A model generated the notes under the pieces. The model was not told where the DNA came from, did no database searches, and was given only the letters and a program-made list of their open reading frames with translations. Below, in pieces: positions 18,865 to 27,762 of a stretch of 64,000 nucleotides of DNA; the stretch's first letter is position 1; each line of letters opens with the position of its first letter. Location of the stretch: positions 1 to 64,000 of the IMG/VR virus record IMGVR_UViG_3300046131_000022; one strand, 5' to 3'. A program made the translations under genes and the position numbers. This stretch comes from a virus. Taxonomy: Duplodnaviria > Caudoviricetes.

Positions 18865-19218
18865 ATGTTTTCTGAACCAGAATATGACCACCGAGGATGG
18901 ATTACACCAGAATCGAGAACAAAGCTTACTGCTGAAGCTGACAAAATTGATTTAACCAATAAGTGGGTTTTAATTATTGATGGAAGCTCTTACACTTATT
19001 TCCAAGTGGGTAAAGAAACAAACAAAAAAGTATTTTCTAAAGGTAGAAACATTCCAACGGAGCGTTTAAAAAAATACGTTTACATGGTGTTTGATACCGA
19101 AGAAGAATGTTCAAAACAATACAAATGGTTCCGTGAAAATAAAGAGCGACAACGAGCTTTACAGGAACAGTTTATAGCATACAGTAATCATTACAGAAAC
19201 TATTTCCACTTTGGGTAA
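18865..19218 (+). CDS. Hypothetical protein
   Basis: 117 aa, GAGGA SD. Confidence 0.7.
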   Translation: MFSEPEYDHRGWITPESRTKLTAEADKIDLTNKWVLIIDGSSYTYFQVGKETNKKVFSKGRNIPTERLKKYVYMVFDTEEECSKQYKWFRENKERQRALQEQFIAYSNHYRNYFHFG

Positions 19219-19221
19219 AGT

Positions 19222-19914
19222 ATGAATTTCTTCGATAAACCAATGTCCTTAATGCCTGTCAACCCTGACAGCATTAAGGAACAAACAGTGTATCGGGCAA
19301 GGCAAGCACTAGATTGGGATGGAAATCAAAATCCCAGTCTTTCTTTTAGCATTTATTGGTTGAGTCTTGTACGAGAATCTTATCGACAAGCTCAAAAAAA
19401 GCACCCAAAAAGCACTGTTAAAAGAGCAATATATTTGAATAAGCAATATCCTTATGGTCAAAGCCTGTATCGAAATGCAAGTCGCTTTTTCCGATGGTAT
19501 TTACAAAGAACAGAAGGTTTACTGATTGGCGATCCAACAGGAAATTATTTCCAACCAATCAATACAAAGGATGATGATTTAATAAGCCCACATCCCCAAC
19601 CAAACGCTCTTGCTGACGCATTTACACTAACCTTGCTACGATACTACATGAAGCCACCTGCTATTCGTTTAACGAGAAAAGAGACAGGTTACGGCTTCAT
19701 TAAAATGACTGTTCCAAGTTATGTAACACTATCGCAAATAGAGAAACATAAATGGAATAAAAACAAACAAACCCAAATCTCAGGTTATTTAACTGATGAA
19801 ATAATTAAAGAATTTATTCGCTCAGAAATCGGGATTTATCTTAAACAATATGAAAACTCAATGGATGAACGATATGTTCGTTTATTAAAGGAAAAAATAG
19901 GAATTTATTTATGA
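19222..19914 (+). CDS. Hypothetical protein
   Basis: 230 aa. Confidence 0.7.
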   Translation: MNFFDKPMSLMPVNPDSIKEQTVYRARQALDWDGNQNPSLSFSIYWLSLVRESYRQAQKKHPKSTVKRAIYLNKQYPYGQSLYRNASRFFRWYLQRTEGLLIGDPTGNYFQPINTKDDDLISPHPQPNALADAFTLTLLRYYMKPPAIRLTRKETGYGFIKMTVPSYVTLSQIEKHKWNKNKQTQISGYLTDEIIKEFIRSEIGIYLKQYENSMDERYVRLLKEKIGIYL

Positions 19915-20504
19915 ACTTTTTTGAAGAAAACGTTACAAAAAGACTTTTTGATACTCGCCCTGAAGCAGTAATCGTGAAACAGTTGAATGATGAAACTGTA
20001 GGTCGATATAAATATATCACACTAGCAAATGGACTAAATTTCCAAGTCACTTCTGTAGAAGTAAGCGAAAATGGTTTAACACTAATAAACTTAATGCGTT
20101 TTAATAAGTTAAGAAATGAAACAACCTATTCATCAATTATTACAGATGAGGAAGGTTTTTATCTACCAAATAAAGAAGCCTCAAGCAATGACATTGTTAA
20201 ATTTTCAACAGAAAACGAAGCTTGGAAAACACAAGCAGGTTTAAAAAATGAAGCTCGAACAGATTTTGACTTAACCAAGTTAAACCCCAACAAAATTATC
20301 AAAATCCAAGTCAGAAGCGGTAACTGGTTCACTTTAAAAGGTGTTTATCAACACAATAACAGTGACAAAATTACATTAAACCTATTCTTTTTAGGTGCAG
20401 AGTCCCGACCACGTAATCGAGATTATTACTTAAATGGTAAAGATTATTCAGAAAACAAAAAACAATTCAGTCCTTATGACATTATGCGAATTGTTGAACA
20501 GTAA
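19911..20504 (+). CDS. Hypothetical protein
   Basis: 197 aa, AGGA SD. Confidence 0.7.
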   Translation: MNFFEENVTKRLFDTRPEAVIVKQLNDETVGRYKYITLANGLNFQVTSVEVSENGLTLINLMRFNKLRNETTYSSIITDEEGFYLPNKEASSNDIVKFSTENEAWKTQAGLKNEARTDFDLTKLNPNKIIKIQVRSGNWFTLKGVYQHNNSDKITLNLFFLGAESRPRNRDYYLNGKDYSENKKQFSPYDIMRIVEQ

Positions 20505-20515
20505 AGGATAAAATT

Positions 20516-20770
20516 TTGAACCAAATTCAAAAACAGAACCAACAACAATATCCATACACCGAAGCTGCCAAAATGCTTCGGGAGGGTGTTATTCAAACCT
20601 TCGCCTGGTGTTTTGAAGATAAGGAGGAAGCGGAAAAGGCTCGTAAAGCTATCAATATGGCTTTATTGAGACAAGAATTAAATACAGAATTTACTGTGTC
20701 CGTTGTGTCTGCAGTAAAAAATAACCTAACTCAAATCATTCATTTTGTTTACGTCGAAAAAACGATTTAA
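20516..20770 (+). CDS. Hypothetical protein
   Basis: 84 aa, TTG start after AAGGA. Confidence 0.65.
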   Translation: MNQIQKQNQQQYPYTEAAKMLREGVIQTFAWCFEDKEEAEKARKAINMALLRQELNTEFTVSVVSAVKNNLTQIIHFVYVEKTI

Positions 20771-20860
20771 AAATAAACAAAAGCTGAATGTAAGTGTAAG
20801 TTAAGTTTAAGTTAAGTGTAAGTAAATCGAACATAAATCCAGTTAAATTAGGAATTAAAT

Positions 20861-21973
20861 ATGAACAGTAACATCCATTATTTTGAAAAAACAAACTATG
20901 CAATTTTAATTGAAGAAGATGAAAGACCCTACAGCAATTTGCGAGAATATTCTGATTTTGATGATGACTCAATATCACATGTAGGTTTTAAAAACGTTGG
21001 TATTGACCCAACAGTGTTTACAGGTGAAACACAACTGTTTTCAAAAATGGACACAGTAATGGAAGAACCTTATGAATTATTAGACGGTGGTTTCCAAGAA
21101 TGGGTCAACCTTTGGGAAAAAACTAAAGTTCTTTTGAAAGATACACATGATTTTTCAGAGCAACATGTAGATTATGATACTGCAGCAGTCACAGTTTTTG
21201 AAAATTATTGGCAAGAATTATTAAATTCACATGTTGAATTTATTGAGCAAGGTACTGAACAAGATTTTAAAGAACTTTGCACTAATGTAGAAAATTCCTT
21301 ATATTTGAAAGAGTTAAAATTCTTCTATGGTTTTGAGTATGGATTATTTCAAAAGTATCTCGAAGATGAGTTAAACGAAAAACAAATTGAAGAATTTAAG
21401 AAACAATATTGCGAACATGTTAAAAACTTTAAAGTTAAAAACGTAACTGATTTAGATAATGTTTGTGATTACTTCCTACGAGGTGACTTCGACACTTGGG
21501 GTTTTGAAAATTCTTTTATGCTTCCTGATCCAGACATTTTAAACAAAGCACTGAACAGTTACCAAGATTTCTGTGTGAACCTAAATCCATATTTAGAATG
21601 GGGTTATTTAGGGGATTCATGGAAAAATTTTAGAATCATAGACGCTGATGACTTCGATAACTCAAACTGTATCATTATTGCAACAAAACCAAATGGTTAT
21701 AGAAACGTATTAAGTGGTGTAAACCAATACTTAGAAGGTGAATGGTTCTGGGGCGAGGTCTATTACGCTGTCCCAAAAAATGACTTGTGGAAGTATTCAG
21801 ATCAAGCCGAATACGATGCTCGTTTTGAAGCATTCGTCATTAACACCAACGAAAGTTGTGGAGGTTTTGAAGCAGAAGAAGCTGTTAAAGAGCATTTTGA
21901 ATACTACAAAACAGCAGAAGCTCCAAAATTTAAATTAAATTATCAACGTTTAGGAACAGTAAAAACTGTTTAA
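20861..21973 (+). CDS. Acidic hypothetical protein
   Basis: 370 aa, D/E-rich, AGGA SD. Confidence 0.75.
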   Translation: MNSNIHYFEKTNYAILIEEDERPYSNLREYSDFDDDSISHVGFKNVGIDPTVFTGETQLFSKMDTVMEEPYELLDGGFQEWVNLWEKTKVLLKDTHDFSEQHVDYDTAAVTVFENYWQELLNSHVEFIEQGTEQDFKELCTNVENSLYLKELKFFYGFEYGLFQKYLEDELNEKQIEEFKKQYCEHVKNFKVKNVTDLDNVCDYFLRGDFDTWGFENSFMLPDPDILNKALNSYQDFCVNLNPYLEWGYLGDSWKNFRIIDADDFDNSNCIIIATKPNGYRNVLSGVNQYLEGEWFWGEVYYAVPKNDLWKYSDQAEYDARFEAFVINTNESCGGFEAEEAVKEHFEYYKTAEAPKFKLNYQRLGTVKTV

Positions 21974-22041
21974 ACGTTAAAGTAACAAACCAAAGTAACA
22001 AACTCATTTAATTAAACACCTAAACAGGTAAAGAGGAAATC

Positions 22042-22722
22042 ATGAAAAAATCAAACTTGAAAATGACTGCAGAAACTTTCAATAACCTACCAAACTATTT
22101 TGAACTTGCGCTTAACTATGGTGTAAGCCGAGGGCAAGACACCTATGGATGGAATACTGTAACCCTGACAGAAGTGGTCGGAAACTCCAAAAAATACCGT
22201 GAATGTGGTGGAGGTTACGACATGATTGGTTCAGTATTCGGGCAATTTATTCAACATAACTTCACCGAAGCCTTGGAACAAGTTGTGGACCACGGACAGG
22301 ATTATTACGGTTTAACAAGCCCACAAGGAAAATTACGAATTGATGGTGCATGTGGTTTTGAATGTATGGAAAAAATTGTTAAAAATTTACTTGGTTATGA
22401 AGTTTCTTATGAATATAAGCGAGACCGTAAAGGGCGACCACAACATAAAACAGCGATCAAATTAACCAAGAAAAATTTACCTGAAGGTGTTCGTTTATTA
22501 ACAGAAAAACAAGTTTTAAATAAACCAGTTTTTAACGTTAATAAAATTTACGGTTATGTTTCAGAACTATTTTTTCGAGGAGACATTACTGCTGCAGCAG
22601 TAGGTTACTACATTAAGAAAAATCCAGAAGGTAAATATATTGCCTTACTGGGACATTCAAACATGTGGTATCTACAAAAAGTACCTGCCAAAATGATTAA
22701 GGAAGCTTTAGGGAGTGATTAA
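22042..22722 (+). CDS. Hypothetical phage protein
   Basis: 226 aa, SRGQDTYG...CGGGYDMIG motif, GAGGA SD. Confidence 0.75.
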   Translation: MKKSNLKMTAETFNNLPNYFELALNYGVSRGQDTYGWNTVTLTEVVGNSKKYRECGGGYDMIGSVFGQFIQHNFTEALEQVVDHGQDYYGLTSPQGKLRIDGACGFECMEKIVKNLLGYEVSYEYKRDRKGRPQHKTAIKLTKKNLPEGVRLLTEKQVLNKPVFNVNKIYGYVSELFFRGDITAAAVGYYIKKNPEGKYIALLGHSNMWYLQKVPAKMIKEALGSD

Positions 22723-22723
22723 T

Positions 22724-22915
22724 ATGTCAAAAGTAGAGGATAAATTAACCAACTTTGGAACCAAAGTTGATTTTTCTGAGTTAAGAAAAAACTTAATTGT
22801 TAGTAAAGAAGCAGGTATAGGTTTTAGGAAACACTTTTTAAAACTGAATTTAGAAAAAACAAACCAAAAAGGTTTGGAAATTAACAAAAGCTCAACGATA
22901 TATTTAATAGAGTAA
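22724..22915 (+). CDS. Small hypothetical protein
   Basis: ATG 22724 after GGGAG. Confidence 0.55.
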   Translation: MSKVEDKLTNFGTKVDFSELRKNLIVSKEAGIGFRKHFLKLNLEKTNQKGLEINKSSTIYLIE

Positions 22916-22940
22916 AGCAAACACTAAATAGGTAGAGTAT

Positions 22941-23420
22941 ATGCGTGTAACCTTAATGACCGATGCTTCTGTTTGTTCACAAACAGGGGCAGGGGGTTTC
23001 GGAATGTGGGTGGTGTCGGAAAGAGGTAAAATGCCTTACGGTGGTTCTTTCCAACAACTCACCTCAGATAGTTTAATCGGAGAATTAAGAGCTGCAGTCA
23101 ACTCTTTGGCTGTTTCTTTAAATCATAAGATGATTCAAAATAATGATTTCGTCTTGATCCAATTAGACAACACTTCTGTAGTTGATTTACTGAATGGTAA
23201 AGTAGCAAAACGACTCGACACAATCGAAGCAATGGAAAAATTCCATTTGTTGGTGAAAGCCTATAATTTGAAGATAAAAGCTCGACATGTTAAAGGGCAC
23301 AGCAGTAAAAAAGATAATAGATATGTATCTAACAATTGCTGTGATTTTCGAGCCAAACAAGGTATGCGACAACGCAGAGCCGAATTATTGGCAGGTGTCA
23401 ACGCCTTCACTAAAGAATAG
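22941..23420 (+). CDS. rnhA: Ribonuclease H (RNase HI-like)
   Basis: TDAS..G.G, ELRAAV, QLDN, RHVKGH, N..CD..AK catalytic pattern. Confidence 0.88.
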   Translation: MRVTLMTDASVCSQTGAGGFGMWVVSERGKMPYGGSFQQLTSDSLIGELRAAVNSLAVSLNHKMIQNNDFVLIQLDNTSVVDLLNGKVAKRLDTIEAMEKFHLLVKAYNLKIKARHVKGHSSKKDNRYVSNNCCDFRAKQGMRQRRAELLAGVNAFTKE

Positions 23421-23478
23421 TAACTACTAAAGTGTTTACTGAAGAACATTAGTTAACAAATAAATTGAGGAAATTCAA

Positions 23479-23877
23479 ATGATTAACGTAGATATTTTAG
23501 ATGTATATACGTCAAACATGGAACTACACCCACAAGTTTTAATTAAATTAAAACAACATGCTTTAGGAAATCACATATCTAATGGTTTGAATTTTTCAGA
23601 GGAAAACACCACAGAGGATTACTACGAGGATGCAGCATTAATATTTAACCACATGTTGCAGAAAGTAGATCACCTTACAAGTGAAGAACAATTTGAAGAA
23701 CTTTGGATGAATTTCACAGGAACCGAACCTGTAAAATGGCAACCTTTTGAAAATTACACATGGGCAAAACTTTGGGCTATGATTGTTGAAGAATATCACA
23801 ACCTAAAAAATTTAGCTGAATCAGTAATTGCCCTCCAAAATTTAGGACCAGTACAAGGACTTTTAAAAGATGTCTAA
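23479..23877 (+). CDS. Hypothetical protein
   Basis: 132 aa, GAGGA SD. Confidence 0.7.
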   Translation: MINVDILDVYTSNMELHPQVLIKLKQHALGNHISNGLNFSEENTTEDYYEDAALIFNHMLQKVDHLTSEEQFEELWMNFTGTEPVKWQPFENYTWAKLWAMIVEEYHNLKNLAESVIALQNLGPVQGLLKDV

Positions 23878-24211
23878 ACGAAAAACAAATGTTTTAAGTG
23901 TTTTAGATGTTAAAAAAGTAAAACTCTTTAACAAAACACCATTAGGTTTAAAACCAATAAATGAACACCCAGAAGGTTTTCAATTTGTTAGAAAACTCAT
24001 GGGTTATGCCTTAAATTCAGCCAGACATGGAGGTGTGAACTTAACTGAGTGGAGCCACTTAGAAATAGATTTTTACACCGAAAATGGTTTAGATATGGCT
24101 GACGTTCATTTTATGCTGAATGATGAAAAGGTTAATTTTTCGGTATTAGGAATTATATTCCACAACCAAAAAATCTTTTCATTTGAGTGTATCGGGATTC
24201 AACCAAAATAG
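23870..24211 (+). CDS. Hypothetical protein
   Basis: 113 aa, overlapping start. Confidence 0.7.
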   Translation: MSKRKTNVLSVLDVKKVKLFNKTPLGLKPINEHPEGFQFVRKLMGYALNSARHGGVNLTEWSHLEIDFYTENGLDMADVHFMLNDEKVNFSVLGIIFHNQKIFSFECIGIQPK

Positions 24212-24213
24212 AG

Positions 24214-24242
24214 TTGACAAAATAAACAAAGATCAGTAATTT
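24214..24242 (+). promoter_or_regulatory. Sigma70-like promoter
   Basis: TTGACA, 17 nt, TAATTT; followed by 13-bp leader hairpin 24251-24306. Confidence 0.7.
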
Positions 24243-24361
24243 AAAACCCTAAAGCCCCAAAGTTTAAATCAAAGCAACCACAAGCGGAAATTTACTTTGG
24301 GGCTTTCATTAACCAAAGCAAAAGCTTAATATTTAAGCTCAACCCAAAAAGGAAACTCAAA

Positions 24362-24742
24362 ATGAGTAAACCAACAAGTATTCCAGATTTCATGTCCTCT
24401 TTAGGTGCAGGTGTTACTGAACAAATCATGGCTAAGGTCTTAACGGACACAGCAATGGCAGTATTGGTACACGGTGGAAAGCGCAACGGTAAAGTTACAT
24501 TAGAACTTACTTTAGATAAAATGTCTGAAGATTCAGACGTAGGTGTTAAAGTAAACGCTAAGTTGGCTTATAAAATGCCAACGGCTAAAGGTTCTAAACA
24601 GGAAGATGAAGTTCGTGAAAGCGTATTCTTTATCGACCCACAAAAAGGGTTAGTGGATACACCACCTAAAACTAAAAAAGATGATGTTCACCCAAGCTTA
24701 GATTCAGCAATGCCAGCAGGTGTTGGGTTCCATAGCAGCTAA
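24362..24742 (+). CDS. YfdP-like phage protein
   Basis: DF..L.AG......L...A..V......GKVTLEL pattern; sits upstream of a DUF2303 gene as in lambdoid prophages. Confidence 0.65.
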   Translation: MSKPTSIPDFMSSLGAGVTEQIMAKVLTDTAMAVLVHGGKRNGKVTLELTLDKMSEDSDVGVKVNAKLAYKMPTAKGSKQEDEVRESVFFIDPQKGLVDTPPKTKKDDVHPSLDSAMPAGVGFHSS

Positions 24743-24760
24743 ATAAACCAAACAAAATAA

Positions 24761-24784
24761 ATAAAACCTCACAAGAGGTTTTAT
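24761..24784 (+). terminator. Intrinsic terminator
   Basis: ATAAAACCTC-acaa-GAGGTTTTAT. Confidence 0.7.
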
Positions 24785-24833
24785 TTATACTCAAACTTTA
24801 ACAATCAAATTTTTAACCAAATGGATATAAATC

Positions 24834-25703
24834 ATGTCTTATACTGAAGCAACAGCAAGTTTAGAAGCATTAGCAAACAACAATTATGAGTTTGCAAACA
24901 ATTACAATGATCTTGAATTACAAGGTGGCGTAGTTTTACACAAAGATTTTGAAATTGTTCACCCTATGGAAGAACTAGAAGCAGTACGAAATCGCTTCCG
25001 TGGAAAATTCCACACACAAGACATTCCATCATATTTTAAATATGTAAAAGATCGTCAAAGTGAAACAGGTTCAGAAATTGATCGTACATTCGTAAATGCT
25101 GAAAACGCTAATCGTGAACTTATCGCAAAAACAATCTTAAACTTTGGTGAATATGCTCAACCAGGTCATGGTGATGATCAAGCAATTTTAAGTCTACGCA
25201 AAGATCCTATTTTTGAAGCTTTCTTAGACAATACCGCAGGTCGTTTAAAAGCAACTGACTTTGCCGAAGTGCTTGAAGATTTCTTAGGATCAGTAAAAGT
25301 TGAAGCCTTCAACAATGGTTCAGAAATTGGTTTTACTAAGGCGATTCAAGCAATTCGTAATGCTAAAATTGACAAAAACAGCAGCTCAACACTAAACACT
25401 GGTGCGTTGAATTACGAAGCTTCCGACATGGAAAAAATTGCAATTAAAGCACAAGAACACACACTACCTACTGAATTTGTGTTAGATACTCCAATTTATT
25501 TAGGCTTAGATGTTCAAAAAGTATCCTTCCGTGTGGCGACAGTGTTTAAAGAAAAAGAAAACAATGGTGGTATGGAAGCATTTTATCATTTAAAACCAAT
25601 TGGTCTTCTTTCACATTATTTAGAAGCTGCAGAAGACTTCCGTGAAAAAATTTCAGCAGTGCTGGATAATGTTTCTATTGGGCAGTATATTCAAGGTAAA
25701 TAA
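24834..25703 (+). CDS. yfdQ: DUF2303 / YfdQ family protein
   Basis: RFRG.F.T, PGHGD..A.L.L, FAE.LED motifs. Confidence 0.8.
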   Translation: MSYTEATASLEALANNNYEFANNYNDLELQGGVVLHKDFEIVHPMEELEAVRNRFRGKFHTQDIPSYFKYVKDRQSETGSEIDRTFVNAENANRELIAKTILNFGEYAQPGHGDDQAILSLRKDPIFEAFLDNTAGRLKATDFAEVLEDFLGSVKVEAFNNGSEIGFTKAIQAIRNAKIDKNSSSTLNTGALNYEASDMEKIAIKAQEHTLPTEFVLDTPIYLGLDVQKVSFRVATVFKEKENNGGMEAFYHLKPIGLLSHYLEAAEDFREKISAVLDNVSIGQYIQGK

Positions 25704-25760
25704 TTTAATTAAACAATTTAATTAATTAAATAATTATTTAAATTATTAACAAAGTAATTA

Positions 25761-25796
25761 AAGTAAAAACCCAATCAAGAGATTGGGTTTTTACTT
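25761..25796 (+). terminator. Intrinsic terminator
   Basis: Perfect 16-bp inverted repeat AAGTAAAAACCCAATC-aaga-GATTGGGTTTTTACTT. Confidence 0.75.
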
Positions 25797-25807
25797 ATAG
25801 GTGAAAA

Positions 25808-26263
25808 ATGATTGAGATAAATAAACCACCAACATTAGTGCAAATATTATATCGAAAACTTTTTCATATAACAGAATTTGCACACAATCAAGTTTATAAA
25901 GGTTCTCGAAATAAAAACCGTTATAAACTAACTGAAAATATTTTTATTAAGTGGGATGGAGGTTTAATAGATGCCGTTTATGACATAAATAAAAATATAG
26001 GTTTAGAAGTTCATTACGATCTGGAAAACACTATGTTGGTGAAAACAGATTTAACCAATATGGGACCTAAAGGGTTTTATAACGACGTTACTTATTTAAT
26101 GGAAGCAGCTATTAAACAGGTAACTGCACCAATAGTTCTAAAGTCATATTCTTTATGTAATCAAAACATATTAGATGAAATTCAAATCACTTTTGATACT
26201 TTATATCAAAATATTGAAATTAGTAAAAGCAGTAAAAGCAGTAAAAGCAGTAAAAACAAATAA
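25808..26263 (+). CDS. Hypothetical protein
   Basis: 151 aa; ends in 9-bp tandem AGTAAAAGC x3 (26222-26248). Confidence 0.65.
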   Translation: MIEINKPPTLVQILYRKLFHITEFAHNQVYKGSRNKNRYKLTENIFIKWDGGLIDAVYDINKNIGLEVHYDLENTMLVKTDLTNMGPKGFYNDVTYLMEAAIKQVTAPIVLKSYSLCNQNILDEIQITFDTLYQNIEISKSSKSSKSSKNK

Positions 26264-26320
26264 TTCATTCAGTAAAATATTAACTAAATGAATTACTAAA
26301 CCAACCATGAGGAAATTAAA

Positions 26321-26767
26321 ATGTCAAACATCAATATTGAAACTGTTAAAAATGAAGTTTTTGAGTTAATTCAAAAAGCAGGTTTAAATAAACCAATTAG
26401 TTTTGAAAACCAGAACATGAATTTCAATAAAGCCATAGCTGATTTAGTTGAGGTACGAGCAAAACTAATAAACGAGTTTTCACCTGTGTTGAATTTATTA
26501 GAAACCATTGAAAATCAAATAAAAGACTTAAATCCAGATAAAGGCGAATATGGATTTAATCGAAAACTTAAAATCACAGAAACACGTTCAAAAATTGTGG
26601 ACGAACCAAAAGTTTATAATATCTTAACCAACATGGGTGAAGATCCACTAAATTATTTTAAATTAAAAGTTTCTGATAAGTTGATTTCAGCTTTATTGGA
26701 TAAAAATAAAGACTTATATCAATTATCAGATAACCCAAGTAAGCGTTATTCTTACTCATCAAAATAG
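26321..26767 (+). CDS. Hypothetical coiled-coil protein
   Basis: 148 aa, GAGGA SD. Confidence 0.7.
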   Translation: MSNINIETVKNEVFELIQKAGLNKPISFENQNMNFNKAIADLVEVRAKLINEFSPVLNLLETIENQIKDLNPDKGEYGFNRKLKITETRSKIVDEPKVYNILTNMGEDPLNYFKLKVSDKLISALLDKNKDLYQLSDNPSKRYSYSSK

Positions 26768-26775
26768 GTGTTATT

Positions 26776-26991
26776 ATGATCCCCTTAACAATGGATGATT
26801 TACAGACCATTGAAAGTTGGATTCATTTAGTGGTGGAACCAATTAAGGTTCCATTCACTAACACATACACCAACTATGCAGAAGCCAGAAATGGTCGGGT
26901 AAGCTACACAACGAAAGGTTTTTTAATTAATATTTCACCAGAAACCTTGGCTAAAATAAGTTCAGGTGAACTTTTGGAGTTAACAATATGA
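26776..26991 (+). CDS. Hypothetical protein
   Basis: 71 aa, AGGTG SD. Confidence 0.65.
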   Translation: MIPLTMDDLQTIESWIHLVVEPIKVPFTNTYTNYAEARNGRVSYTTKGFLINISPETLAKISSGELLELTI

Positions 26992-27275
26992 TCACAGTGG
27001 AAATTTCTCAGGAAATAATAACTTTAGCTTTAATCTTGCTAGTGTGGTTTCTTGCACCCATATTGATGCAAGTAAATAAATTAATGGTTGGAAAAAATAA
27101 ACATGACAATGCTTTTTTAATCACTGTTGTTTTAGTTTTATCCAGTTTATTTATTTTAATTGCAATTATTTTTCGGATTACAGGAAATATATTTGAAAAA
27201 TTGAGTTTATGGTCGAATAAACTTTATTTAACCATGATGGAGAGTCTTTTCTCAAATGAACAGAAAAAATCTTGA
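26988..27275 (+). CDS. Small membrane protein (2 TM)
   Basis: 95 aa, two hydrophobic segments. Confidence 0.65.
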   Translation: MITVEISQEIITLALILLVWFLAPILMQVNKLMVGKNKHDNAFLITVVLVLSSLFILIAIIFRITGNIFEKLSLWSNKLYLTMMESLFSNEQKKS

Positions 27276-27762
27276 TACTATTTTCGCTTTGGAGTTCGGG
27301 CAACTATTGGAGAATTTTTTATATTCTTCAATTGATCGTGACGAACAAACAAAAATAATTTGTAGTAGTTTGGGTTTAAAAAACCAAAACCAATTAGCTC
27401 AAATCTTTGCAGGTTACGATGTACCAACAACAGCAAGTATATTCGAGCTAATTAGAACGTTAAACGATCAACGTTTAACTGATCGTTTTCTAAACCTACA
27501 AACAACACTAATGGGAGTAAAACCAAGTGGCGAATATGTTGAAAGAGAAACAAATTCTCACATTCCAAAAATTGATAGCCAATCCGAGATTTCTGGATCG
27601 GAGTCAGGCAGGGACAGGGAAAACACCAACGGAATGTTGTTTAACAGGGTACATCATGAGGATTCAACCGAATCAAATCCTCAAACTACTGCCAAAAACG
27701 AACAGACACAATCAATCCACCACGATTGGGGTGACGAAGAAATCGACTTCAACTTACTTTAA
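27256..27762 (+). CDS. Possible HTH protein with C-terminal tail overlapping the helicase gene
   Basis: Helical N-terminal ~90 aa (SLGLK..NQLAQIF.G..VP) resembles XRE-type HTH; GGAG SD. Confidence 0.5.
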   Translation: MNRKNLDTIFALEFGQLLENFLYSSIDRDEQTKIICSSLGLKNQNQLAQIFAGYDVPTTASIFELIRTLNDQRLTDRFLNLQTTLMGVKPSGEYVERETNSHIPKIDSQSEISGSESGRDRENTNGMLFNRVHHEDSTESNPQTTAKNEQTQSIHHDWGDEEIDFNLL

